DNA of 62,974 nucleotides from Ignavibacteriota bacterium (GTDB taxonomy: Bacteria > Bacteroidota > Ignavibacteria > UBA10030): assembly GCA_003162695.1 (NCBI GenBank), contig PMML01000029.1, forward strand, positions 9,613-72,586, in the 5' to 3' direction. Below are positions 1-9,241 of this stretch, piece by piece; position 1 is the stretch's first letter, and every line of letters starts with the position of its first letter. A program made the position numbers and the translations under genes. Below the pieces are notes generated by a model, which was not told the origin of the DNA, did no database searches, and saw only the letters and a program-made list of their open reading frames with translations.

Positions 1-2066
1 TTCAGGTTCGCGCCGTCCATATAGACGAGCCCGCCGTTGTTGTGAATAATACTGCAAATTTCCTTGATGCGTTCTTCAAAAACCCCGTGCGTCGACGGGT
101 ACGTTACCATCAGTGCGGCGAGCGTGTCCTTATATTGTACCGCCTTCTTCTGAAGATCGTCCGCATCAATATTGCCGTTCGCATCGCATGCGACGACGAC
201 CACCTGCATTCCGGCCATAACCGCGCTGGCAGGATTCGTGCCGTGTGCGGATGCAGGAATAAGAACAACCGTGCGCTGTTCCTGACCGTGATCGCGGTGA
301 TAGGCGCGTATGACCATCAGTCCCGCAAATTCTCCCTGCGCGCCGGAATTCGGCTGCAGGGAAGCTGCAGAAAAACCTGTCGCTTTGCAAAGTATTCTTT
401 CCAGTTCCGCAAAGATTTCTCTGTACCCGGCGGCCTGTTCCTGGGGAACAAACGGATGCAGGTCGGAGAATTCCCTCCAGCCGAGAGGAAACAGCTCCGC
501 GGCTGCATTGAGCTTCATCGTGCACGATCCGAGCGGAATCATGGATGCGGTAAGAGAGAGATCTTTATTCTCCAGGCTTTTTATATACCGCATGAGAGCC
601 GTTTCCGAACGGTACGAATGGAACACAGGGTGCTGCAAGTAAGATGAAGTCCGCTCCAGCGAATGCGGGAACGAGACGACCGCCAGGCGGTATTGATTGA
701 TATAGGAAACGTTTCGGAGCGGATTGTTTTTTACTTTTCCAAATATGCGGACAAGCGCTTCGATATCTTCAAGCGTCGCGGTTTCATCGAGCGAGATGCC
801 GATATATTTATCTTCCACAAACCGGAGATTGTACCCCTCCGCGCGCGCAAGCTCAAGGATCGTCACTGCCTGTTTTTTGTTTTCCGTTTCTATGCGCAGC
901 GTGTCAAAATACATATCGTTCAACTGCGCATAGCCGCATTTGAGCAGCTCCCCGTCCAATACTTTTGCAAGCCGGTGAACACGGGAAGCAATTTCCCGGA
1001 TTCCTTCGGGACCGTGATACACCGCATAGAAGCCGGACATAATCGCCAAAAGCGCCTGAGCCGTGCATATATTCGACGTCGCTTTCTCGCGCCGGATGTG
1101 CTGCTCTCGCGTTTGAAGCGCCATTCTGTACGCACGGTTGTTTTGCGTATCGATCGACACGCCGATGATACGTCCCGGCATGCTCCGTATATATTCGTTT
1201 TTGACGGCAAAATACCCGGCATGCGGCCCGCCGTAGCCGAGAGGCAAACCGAACCGCTGCGTACTGCCGACTACGATATCCGCACCCATCTCGCCTGGAG
1301 GAACAAGAAGCGCAAGTGCGAGCAGATCGGCTGCAACAACTGCAATCGCACCTGCTTGATGGACTTTTTCGATAAACTTCCGGTGATCGGAAACAGAACC
1401 GTCTTCCGCCGGATATTGTATCAGCGCGCCAAAAAAAGACCCGTCTAATTTCACCGTGTCGGGATTGCCGACGACAATTTCAATCCCGTGCGGGACCGCC
1501 CGCGAAAGGATGACATCGATAGTTTGACGCAAGCAGCGTGAAGAAATAAAAAACTTGCCGGCAGATGAGTTCGGAGATTTGTTGACCAGGCCGTATGCCA
1601 TGCTCATTGCCTCCGCCGCAGCAGTTCCTTCATCGAGCAGAGATGCGTTGGCGACCGGCATTCCGGTCATATCCGCTACCATGGTCTGGAAATTCAGAAG
1701 CGCTTCCAGCCGCCCCTGCGAAATCTCCGGCTGGTACGGCGTATACTGCGTGTACCATCCCGGATTTTCAAAGACATTTCTCTGAATCGCGCCCGGCACG
1801 ATGCAGCGGTAATAACCCTGACCGAGATATGATTTAAGAACGGTGTTCTTGCCGGCAAGAACGCGAAGATCATTCAAATTTTCGAATTCCGTTTTCGGCG
1901 CTTCGTTCTCCGGACTTGCAGAATTCAAAATATTCTGCGGTACGGTCTCGTCTATCAAGCGATCCAGCGAATCGATTCCGACAGCTGTAAACATTTCAGC
2001 AAGGTCGCTTTCCTGCGGTCCGATATGACGTTTTAAAAATTCGTTGCTCTGCGTTCTTGTGTTCAT
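1..2066 (-). CDS. gcvP: Glycine dehydrogenase (decarboxylating), glycine cleavage P protein; 3' end runs off the window
   Basis: Not in the ORF track because it has no stop in the window. Manual translation from the ATG at 2066 gives MNTRTQSNEFLKRHIGP...SLDRLIDETVP. At the window edge it reads IHNNGGLVYMDGANL, the GcvP signature. Confidence 0.93.
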   Translation of the reverse strand, partial: MNTRTQSNEFLKRHIGPQESDLAEMFTAVGIDSLDRLIDETVPQNILNSASPENEAPKTEFENLNDLRVLAGKNTVLKSYLGQGYYRCIVPGAIQRNVFENPGWYTQYTPYQPEISQGRLEALLNFQTMVADMTGMPVANASLLDEGTAAAEAMSMAYGLVNKSPNSSAGKFFISSRCLRQTIDVILSRAVPHGIEIVVGNPDTVKLDGSFFGALIQYPAEDGSVSDHRKFIEKVHQAGAIAVVAADLLALALLVPPGEMGADIVVGSTQRFGLPLGYGGPHAGYFAVKNEYIRSMPGRIIGVSIDTQNNRAYRMALQTREQHIRREKATSNICTAQALLAIMSGFYAVYHGPEGIREIASRVHRLAKVLDGELLKCGYAQLNDMYFDTLRIETENKKQAVTILELARAEGYNLRFVEDKYIGISLDETATLEDIEALVRIFGKVKNNPLRNVSYINQYRLAVVSFPHSLERTSSYLQHPVFHSYRSETALMRYIKSLENKDLSLTASMIPLGSCTMKLNAAAELFPLGWREFSDLHPFVPQEQAAGYREIFAELERILCKATGFSAASLQPNSGAQGEFAGLMVIRAYHRDHGQEQRTVVLIPASAHGTNPASAVMAGMQVVVVACDANGNIDADDLQKKAVQYKDTLAALMVTYPSTHGVFEERIKEICSIIHNNGGLVYMDGANL

Positions 2067-2078
2067 AGGATTTATTTT

Positions 2079-2885
2079 CTATATCTTTCCCGGAATGTGA
2101 GCGCTCTCGATAGATTTTAATGCCTCGGCTGCTGCTAATTGTTCCGCCTCTTTTTTACTCCGGCCTGTTCCGGAGCCGTACGTTTGACGGCCGAGACAGA
2201 CTTCGCAGGTAAACCGCCTGTCATGTTCGGGACCTTCCTCTTTGACAACACCGTAGCGGGGAATATCCAGACCGTGCGCCTGTGCATATTCCAGCAGAGT
2301 GCTTTTATAATTGTCGTCGAACATAACGCTGTCCAGATCGTTCAAGAGCTTATCCCGCACGAACTGACCCGCTACCTCCAGCCCGCCGTCAAGATAAAGC
2401 GCGCCAATGACCGCTTCGAATGCATCGGCCAGAATGGATTCCGAACCGTTGCCGATCGATTGAGCAGCGCTGTGGCTCAACAGAAGATAATCGGCAAGCT
2501 GAAGATCGCGTGCATGCAATGCAAGTATTTTTCGGTTGACCAGCCGGGAACGTACTTTTGTCAGGTATCCTTCTTCTTTATTGGGATAGAGGAGATACAA
2601 TTTTTCGGCGACCACAAAATTTAGAATCGAATCCCCCAAAAACTCCAGGCGCTCGTTGGATTCCCATTGAAAAGAAAGAAATTGAAGGTAGGAGCGATGG
2701 ACGAGGGCTTGAAGCATATGCCGCCAGTCCCTCGGATGATATCCGAGTGTCGTTTGAAATTTCGCGAAGTCGAAACCTTTTTCCCGGAAATGCCGGATCA
2801 ATTCCTTGAGATGAGCATCACGGGAAAGAATCGTTAATCGAAATAATTGAAATCGGCTGCGAATCTGATTCACTGCTTGCGTCAA
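2079..2885 (-). CDS. rnc: Ribonuclease III
   Basis: NERLEFLGDSIL signature, DAFEAVIGALYLDGG, and a C-terminal dsRBD (NYKSTLLEYAQ...GRSKKEAEQLAA). The start codon is uncertain. Confidence 0.95.
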   Translation of the reverse strand: MTQAVNQIRSRFQLFRLTILSRDAHLKELIRHFREKGFDFAKFQTTLGYHPRDWRHMLQALVHRSYLQFLSFQWESNERLEFLGDSILNFVVAEKLYLLYPNKEEGYLTKVRSRLVNRKILALHARDLQLADYLLLSHSAAQSIGNGSESILADAFEAVIGALYLDGGLEVAGQFVRDKLLNDLDSVMFDDNYKSTLLEYAQAHGLDIPRYGVVKEEGPEHDRRFTCEVCLGRQTYGSGTGRSKKEAEQLAAAEALKSIESAHIPGKI

Positions 2886-2924
2886 GTGAACATTCTCCGC
2901 CCTTTCACGTTCTGCGGGAAAGGG

Positions 2925-4184
2925 TTATTGCTCGTATCTGCGGAAGAGAAGGCTCGCGTTATGGCCGCCGAATCCAAATGTGTTGCTGACGGCCACGTCG
3001 ATCTTCCAGTCTTGCGCCTTGTTCGGAATATAATTCAAATCGCATTCCGGATCGGGCGTTTCCAGATTGATTGTCGGGTGCACCTTGTTTGTTTGAATTG
3101 CCATGATGGTGGCAACCGCCTCGACGGCACCCGCCGCACCAAGGAGGTGGCCAGTCATCGACTTTGTTGAATTGAGCGCCAGTGCTTTTGCATGATTACC
3201 GAACACCGTTTTCAGCGCAGCCGTTTCCGACCTGTCGCCGACCAGCGTCGATGTCCCGTGTGTATTGACATGATCGACTTCTTCCGGCGTCAACCCGCCG
3301 TCGCGCAAAGCAGTGCGCATCGACCGCACAGCGCCTTCGCCGCCGGGGGCAGGTTCCGTAATATGATGCGCGTCGGCTGTAAAACCGATACCTGCAAGTT
3401 CCGCATAAATTTTTGCTCCGCGCCGAACAGCATGGCCCAATTCTTCAAGGATAAGAATACCGGCTCCTTCGCCCATTACAAAACCGTCCCGATCTTTATC
3501 AAACGGCCGGCTCGCTTTCTGCGGCGCATCATTACGCGTCGAAAGAGCTTTGAGAGCGTTGAAACCGCCTATACCCATTGGGCAAATGGCCGCTTCACCA
3601 CCGCCGGAGACCATCACGTCCGCATCGCCGCGCTGAATCAAAATAGCAGCATTGCCGATGGAATGTGACGAAGTCGCACATGCAGAAACGACTGCATAAT
3701 TCGGTCCTTTAAGACCGTAAATCATTGAAATTCTCCCTGCAGCAATATCCGGTATAAGCATAGGAATGAAGAACGGGCTGATATGCGCCGGCCCGTTGGC
3801 TTCCACAAGATTCATGAATTGTCTATGGTACGTCCACATGCCTCCGATGCCCGAACCATAAATAACTCCGATGCGTTCGCAGTCTTCCTTCGTAAAATCT
3901 ATCCCGGAATCCTTCACAGCTTCCTGACATGCCACAAGTCCATACTGCGTGAATTGATCGACTCGCTGTGCCGTCTTCCTGTCTAAAAATTTCAGCGGAT
4001 CGAACCCCTTCAATTCACAGGCAAACTTCGTTTCATATTTTTCGGTGTCGAAATACGTAATGGGAGCCGCCCCGCTCTTGCCTGCGAGCAATGCCTGCCA
4101 ATACTCCTGGACGGAATTGCCGATAGGCGTAAGAACGCCCATTCCTGTTACCACGACTCTCCGCTGTGTTCCACCGAATCCCAT
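2925..4184 (-). CDS. fabF: Beta-ketoacyl-ACP synthase II
   Basis: RRVVVTGMG, SACATS (catalytic Cys), HGTST, KSMTGHLLGAAG and SNTFGFGGHN motifs. Confidence 0.97.
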   Translation of the reverse strand: MGFGGTQRRVVVTGMGVLTPIGNSVQEYWQALLAGKSGAAPITYFDTEKYETKFACELKGFDPLKFLDRKTAQRVDQFTQYGLVACQEAVKDSGIDFTKEDCERIGVIYGSGIGGMWTYHRQFMNLVEANGPAHISPFFIPMLIPDIAAGRISMIYGLKGPNYAVVSACATSSHSIGNAAILIQRGDADVMVSGGGEAAICPMGIGGFNALKALSTRNDAPQKASRPFDKDRDGFVMGEGAGILILEELGHAVRRGAKIYAELAGIGFTADAHHITEPAPGGEGAVRSMRTALRDGGLTPEEVDHVNTHGTSTLVGDRSETAALKTVFGNHAKALALNSTKSMTGHLLGAAGAVEAVATIMAIQTNKVHPTINLETPDPECDLNYIPNKAQDWKIDVAVSNTFGFGGHNASLLFRRYEQ

Positions 4185-4221
4185 ATTTCAGTTTCCTTTA
4201 AAGTGTATTAATAAAAGCCTT

Positions 4222-4255
4222 GCAGAGGCTGAAGGTTTTTCCGACAGCCTCCTGC
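4222..4255 (-). terminator. Stem-loop between acpP and fabF (partial terminator or mRNA-stabilising hairpin)
   Basis: GCAG-AGGCTG / CAGCCT-CCTGC inverted repeat, followed on the minus strand by GGCTTTT. Confidence 0.5.
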
Positions 4256-4269
4256 TGAGAAATATCCGA

Positions 4270-4506
4270 TTATATTCCTTTGGCTTTCAGGTAATTGATC
4301 ACGTCGCCAACGGATGCGATCTTCTCGGCATCTTCATCCGGAATCTGGATGTTGAAAGCTTTCTCAAATTCCATTACCAGTTCGACGGTATCAAGCGAAT
4401 CCGCCCCAAGATCGTTTGTGAAAGAAGCTTCAGGTGTAACCTGTGCTGCATCGACTCCAAGCTTGGAGACGATAATTTCTTTCACTTTCTCTGCAGTATC
4501 TGCCAT
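4270..4506 (-). CDS. acpP: Acyl carrier protein
   Basis: [12 protein letters not shown]...[17 protein letters not shown] with the intact phosphopantetheine Ser. An AGGAGA RBS precedes the ATG at 4506. Confidence 0.97.
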   Translation of the reverse strand: MADTAEKVKEIIVSKLGVDAAQVTPEASFTNDLGADSLDTVELVMEFEKAFNIQIPDEDAEKIASVGDVINYLKAKGI

Positions 4507-4554
4507 TGTTTTTCTCCTTATATGTATAGTATTGATTGAAAAATGGAACATCAT

Positions 4555-5301
4555 TTACATAACTAATCCGCCGTCGACACACAGTACCTGACCTGTCATG
4601 TATGAAGCTGCGGGCGAAGCAAGGAATACAACTACATGCGCAATCTCTTCGGGCTTTGCAGTACGTTTCATCGGAATGACGCTCAGCAAAGCCTCCTTTT
4701 GCTGCACCGATAATTTTTCCGTCATATCGGTATCGACAAAACCGGGTGCAACCGCGTTTACTTGAATATTGCGAGAAGCAAGCTCTTTTGCAAGTGTTTT
4801 TGTCAGTCCGATCATTCCGGCTTTCGCCGCAGAATAATTTACCTGGCCGGCGTTCCCGATAACCCCCGAAATTGACGAAATATTCACGATTACACCCTGG
4901 CGCTGAGCCATCATCGGGCGGCAGACAGCTTTTGAAAAATTAAAAGCGCTCTTTAAATTCGTATCGATCACATCGTCCCAATCCTGCTCCGCCATACGCA
5001 TGAGAAGTCCATCCTTTGTAATACCGGCGTTATTGACAAGAACATCGATGCGTTGAAATTCCTTAATGACAGCATCGACGGCTGCCTGCGCGGCGGCAAA
5101 ATCTTTTGCATCGGATTGAAGCGCAAGAGCTTTTACACCAAAAGTTTCAATTTCTTTCTTGACTTCTTCCGCAGACGCAACAGCGCTTCTGTACGTAAAA
5201 GCCACATTTGCTTTTTCAGCGGCAAATGCAAGAGCAATCGCTTTACCTATGCCGCGCGATCCTCCGGTAATCAATATATTTTTATTTTCTAAGGATGTCA
5301 T
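4555..5301 (-). CDS. fabG: 3-oxoacyl-ACP reductase
   Basis: TGGSRGIG, NNAGIT and YSAAK SDR motifs; located in the fab cluster. Confidence 0.96.
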   Translation of the reverse strand: MTSLENKNILITGGSRGIGKAIALAFAAEKANVAFTYRSAVASAEEVKKEIETFGVKALALQSDAKDFAAAQAAVDAVIKEFQRIDVLVNNAGITKDGLLMRMAEQDWDDVIDTNLKSAFNFSKAVCRPMMAQRQGVIVNISSISGVIGNAGQVNYSAAKAGMIGLTKTLAKELASRNIQVNAVAPGFVDTDMTEKLSVQQKEALLSVIPMKRTAKPEEIAHVVVFLASPAASYMTGQVLCVDGGLVM

Positions 5302-6218
5302 TTTCCTTCTTCCTCTCCGCCGATGTCTGCAAATTTATCCCGTCCCGCAGTTTTAACCGCGGGAGCGATTCGCTTGACAAGACCCTGTAAAATTTTTCCA
5401 GGACCTATTTCAATGAACGATGCTGCACCCGCGGCAGCCATCGCCTGAATGCTTTCTTCCCAGCGAACCGGGCAGGTCAATTGTTCGAGCAGCAGCGATC
5501 GTATATTTCCTGCCTTCTGTTCCGGCCGCGCCGTAACATTTGCATAGACCGGAAACGATGCATCGCGAAAATCCGTTTTTTCCAATCCGGCTCTCAATCC
5601 GGCAGCCGCAGACTCCATCAGCGGTGAATGGAAAGCGCCGCTGACGATCAATTCTTTTACAAACTTCGCACCGCGCGTCTTCGAAAGCTCCATCGCGCGC
5701 CTTACACCGGAGACCGATCCCGAAAGCACCACCTGTCCCGGTGAATTAAAATTCGCCGGCTGAACAATTCCTGCGGCAGAAGCTTCTGCACAAATTTCCG
5801 TAATCGTTTTTCCATCCAGTCCGATAACGGCAGCCATCGTTCCGGGATGTTCCGCTCCTGCCTGCTGCATCAATTCACCGCGGAGACGGACAAGTTTCAA
5901 ACCGTCTTCAAATGTCAATGCTCCGGCGGCAGTGAGCGCCGAATACTCGCCGAGGGAATGTCCCGCGGCCATGGCCGGTAAGGTATTCCGCATCAAACGG
6001 ACGAGCACGACACTCTGTATGAAAATAGCCGGCTGCGTGTTCCGTGTTTGTTTTAACTCTTCTTCAGGGCCTTCAAAACAAATTCGGCTGAACGGAACCT
6101 GGAAAAGGTCGTCTGCCCGGTCGTACATCGATTTTGCCAGAGCGCTGCTTTCATACAGATCTTTTCCCATACCGACATACTGCGAACCCTGACCGGGAAA
6201 GACATAGGCAACACTCAT
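5298..6218 (-). CDS. fabD: Malonyl-CoA:ACP transacylase
   Basis: FPGQGSQ, GHSLGEY and GAFHS motifs. The start was moved to the ATG at 6218, which overlaps the fabH stop (ATGA). Confidence 0.96.
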   Translation of the reverse strand: MSVAYVFPGQGSQYVGMGKDLYESSALAKSMYDRADDLFQVPFSRICFEGPEEELKQTRNTQPAIFIQSVVLVRLMRNTLPAMAAGHSLGEYSALTAAGALTFEDGLKLVRLRGELMQQAGAEHPGTMAAVIGLDGKTITEICAEASAAGIVQPANFNSPGQVVLSGSVSGVRRAMELSKTRGAKFVKELIVSGAFHSPLMESAAAGLRAGLEKTDFRDASFPVYANVTARPEQKAGNIRSLLLEQLTCPVRWEESIQAMAAAGAASFIEIGPGKILQGLVKRIAPAVKTAGRDKFADIGGEEEGK

Positions 6219-7228
6219 GCACGTTCCGCCGGATTTGCTAAAGACCACCGGATAAATGTTGCGCCCCATGTGTATCCGGCGCCGAATGTGGCAAGCACTA
6301 CGTTTTGACCGCGCTTGAGCGAACCGTTCCGCCACCATTCCGAAAGGCACAAAGGAATAGTCGCTGCTGTCGTATTGCCGTATTTTTCGATATTGATCAT
6401 TATTTTGCTGCGGTCGATACCCATACGTTTCGCAGTCGCATCGATAATCCGCAGATTCGCCTGATGCGGAACAAGCCATCCGACATCGCTGCCCGAAAGA
6501 TGATTTCGTTCCATAATTTCGGCAGCGACATCCGCCATAGATACAACTGCCTTTTTAAAAACGGTTTTTCCATCCTGATATACATAATGCATGTGTTTAT
6601 CGATGGTCTCGTGCGTCGGAGGGTGAAGGCTTCCGCCGCCTTTCATATTGAGAGCCTCCGCACCGCTGCCGTCGCAATACATAACTTGATCGAGAATGCC
6701 GAACTCTTTTTCTTGAGACGGCTCGAGAAGAACTGCGGCAGCAGCATCTCCGAATAAAATACATGTATTCCGATCGGTATAATCCGTAATTGCACTCATC
6801 TTATCCGCGCCTATTACGAGAACCTTTTTGTGCGCACCCGATTCAATGAAACGGCTTCCGGCATTCAAGGCATACAAAAAACCCGAACATGCTGCCGAAA
6901 GGTCGAATCCCCAAGCTTTTGTCGCGCCTAATTTTGTCTGCACAAGACATGCGGTCGCCGGAAAAATCATATCCGGAGTAACAGTGGCCACAATAATCAA
7001 ATCGACTTCATCTGCACCGATCCCGCGATCATGCAGCGCTGCCTGAGCCGCCCGGCAGGCGAGATCGGACGTTGCACCTTCCTTCTGAATCCGGCGCTCA
7101 CGAATGCCCGTTCGTGTCACGATCCACTCGTCGGTTGTCATAACCATTTTTTCAAGTTCGGCGTTCGTCAGAACGTTTTCCGGTACATAATGACCAACTG
7201 CTGTTATTGTTGCTTTTAATTCACTCAT
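6215..7228 (-). CDS. fabH: Beta-ketoacyl-ACP synthase III
   Basis: AACSGF, PHQAN, GNT and FGAG motifs. Confidence 0.96.
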   Translation of the reverse strand: MSELKATITAVGHYVPENVLTNAELEKMVMTTDEWIVTRTGIRERRIQKEGATSDLACRAAQAALHDRGIGADEVDLIIVATVTPDMIFPATACLVQTKLGATKAWGFDLSAACSGFLYALNAGSRFIESGAHKKVLVIGADKMSAITDYTDRNTCILFGDAAAAVLLEPSQEKEFGILDQVMYCDGSGAEALNMKGGGSLHPPTHETIDKHMHYVYQDGKTVFKKAVVSMADVAAEIMERNHLSGSDVGWLVPHQANLRIIDATAKRMGIDRSKIMINIEKYGNTTAATIPLCLSEWWRNGSLKRGQNVVLATFGAGYTWGATFIRWSLANPAERA

Positions 7229-7240
7229 TTAGTTTATACT

Positions 7241-8275
7241 TCAGGATTGCGATGATATTAAATGAACGTCGGACAGCGAAGATTCAATATGGCGATTTAC
7301 TTCCAATCGTGCAACTTCTGCCGCGCATAAAATCATATTTTTAATGCCCTTTGGCGATGCACTGCCGTGGCCGATAACGGCAACACCGTTGACTCCAAGC
7401 ACAGGCACTCCGCCGGATTCATTCGGATCGAGATCCCGTAAAGAGGATTTAAGCGGCCAGAGCGAGACGGCTATTGAAATTTTTTCAAGGAGTCCTTTTT
7501 GGGAAAATTGTTTGAGGCGATTTTTTAAAAAACCGGGAACACTTTCACCGAATTTCAGAACAATATTGCCGACAAAACCGTCACAGACAACAACATCGGC
7601 TTTCGTCTTGAGGATATCTCCTCCTTCGACATTTCCAATAAAATTCAATGAACCGGAAGAGAGCATCCTATACGCCTCCAGGGCAACGGAAGTTCCTTTC
7701 GTTTTTTCTTCCCCGACATTGAGCAAACCGATGCGAGGATTTTCTTTTTTGAGAATATACTTCGAATAGATGCTTCCCATGAGAGCAAACTCATACAGGT
7801 GCTGTGCGCGGCAATCGATGTTCGCTCCTGCATCGACAAGAAAGCAAACTCCGATTTCAGAGGGAATAAAGGCGCCGATCGTGGGACGGCTGATTCCCTT
7901 GATTCGCCCCAGAATCAAAGTGGCGGCGGAAAAAACCGCACCCGTGTTTCCGGCACTTACAAAAGCATCCGTCTTTTTTTCCTTATGGAGATGCATTCCT
8001 ACCGACAAAGATGAATCTCTTTTTTGTTTTAACGCCGCAGTCGGAGCATCTTCCATTGTAATGGTTTGAGAAGCATGGATAATTTCCAGCGGCAGATTTT
8101 CCGCACCCAGACGGGCGAGTTCCGCGCGAATCGCTCTTTCATCTCCAATGAGAGTCAGACCGATTGTCGAGCCATGACTTCGAAGTGCTTGAACAGCACC
8201 CTCGACTTCATGCCGGGGTGCATAGTCTCCACCCATGGCATCGAGTGCTATACGAAATTTCTGTGGGGATTCCAT
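7241..8275 (-). CDS. plsX: Phosphate acyltransferase PlsX
   Basis: IALDAMGGD, SAGNTGA, DAGAN, GNVEG and VVVCDGFVGN motifs. Confidence 0.96.
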   Translation of the reverse strand: MESPQKFRIALDAMGGDYAPRHEVEGAVQALRSHGSTIGLTLIGDERAIRAELARLGAENLPLEIIHASQTITMEDAPTAALKQKRDSSLSVGMHLHKEKKTDAFVSAGNTGAVFSAATLILGRIKGISRPTIGAFIPSEIGVCFLVDAGANIDCRAQHLYEFALMGSIYSKYILKKENPRIGLLNVGEEKTKGTSVALEAYRMLSSGSLNFIGNVEGGDILKTKADVVVCDGFVGNIVLKFGESVPGFLKNRLKQFSQKGLLEKISIAVSLWPLKSSLRDLDPNESGGVPVLGVNGVAVIGHGSASPKGIKNMILCAAEVARLEVNRHIESSLSDVHLISSQS

Positions 8276-8324
8276 GGGACTCGCTCCGCATACCTTTTCA
8301 TCGATATGCGGAACGGCTTTCTAC

Positions 8325-8507
8325 TTATGCTTCTTTGGGTGTGACTACAGAACGGCCGTTATAATATCCGCAGTGCGGACAGGCGCGATGCTGCAGTTTC
8401 GGTTCATGACAATTCGGGCATTCATGCAAAGCGGGAGCTGTTGCTTTATAATGTGTACGGCGCTTGCGTCCCCGCGCTTTGGAATGTCGTCGTTTTGGAT
8501 TTGGCAT
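8325..8507 (-). CDS. rpmF: 50S ribosomal protein L32 (Zn-binding Cys form)
   Basis: MPNPKRRHSKAR...CPNC...HRACPHCGYY. Confidence 0.96.
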   Translation of the reverse strand: MPNPKRRHSKARGRKRRTHYKATAPALHECPNCHEPKLQHRACPHCGYYNGRSVVTPKEA

Positions 8508-8532
8508 GAGTATTTCCTTCTATAAATAAATC

Positions 8533-9045
8533 TTAATTGCCGGAAAGCTTTTTGAGCGACTCCCAGCGCGTACCTATTTCTTCCGTTGTACAGTGACAAT
8601 GTGCCGTAATCTTCCGTGTCCCGCATTGGGGACATATACCATTGCACTCGTCGCTGCATAATAATTTCTGCGGCACATCCAGCACAAGATATTGGCGGAC
8701 ATCTTCGTCCAGATCAATAAAATTCATATCCGGAGTGAGAATCTGAATCTCACGGCTCTCATTTTGCACACCGGTCATCGATCGATCTCCGGGAGCATAG
8801 ACAATAATATAATTCGCTTTAAGATCTTTCGTAAAAGGATCCAGACATCGATCGCAGATAAATCCGGCCTTGGCGGACGCCGATACTCGAAGCAGCATCT
8901 GCCGTCTTCCTTTTTCAAGCGACGCTTGAACCCGAATAGGCCCCGTATATTCAGGCCCCAAACCGATCGTTTGAGCCTCCGATTCAAAGATATAATCGTG
9001 AATGCCTTCCGAAAGGTTTGAAATATTGATTCTGAATTCCGCCAT
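8533..9045 (-). CDS. DUF177/YceD family protein
   Basis: CDRCL and LCSDECNGICPQCG motifs; conserved position upstream of rpmF. Confidence 0.88.
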   Translation of the reverse strand: MAEFRINISNLSEGIHDYIFESEAQTIGLGPEYTGPIRVQASLEKGRRQMLLRVSASAKAGFICDRCLDPFTKDLKANYIIVYAPGDRSMTGVQNESREIQILTPDMNFIDLDEDVRQYLVLDVPQKLLCSDECNGICPQCGTRKITAHCHCTTEEIGTRWESLKKLSGN

Positions 9046-9125
9046 TGAACTCGATGCTTCGTATTTCTATGCTTTTCCGAGAACGTTCAAAGAACTTTTA
9101 AGTCCAAACATCATACAAGGATAGT

Positions 9126-9154
9126 AATATATCCAGAATATTCCCGGAAATCAA
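9126..9154 (-). promoter_or_regulatory. Sigma70-like promoter of the yceD-rpmF-fab operon
   Basis: Minus strand TTGATT-N17-TATATT. Confidence 0.55.
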
Positions 9155-9241
9155 GGAAAAATTTCCTCAGAAAAAAAACATGCGGAAAGAGAGATATATC
9201 AGACTCAGGAAAAGCAGAAAAGAGATGCCGCATCAGCATTT

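Noticed and set aside
42-1837. Long plus-strand ORFs (42-647, 663-1448 and others)
   Set aside because: They are antisense shadows of gcvP with no recognisable motifs.
5298-6479. 393-aa FabD ORF as given in the track
   Set aside because: The N-terminal 87 aa overlap fabH in another frame; the real start is 6218.
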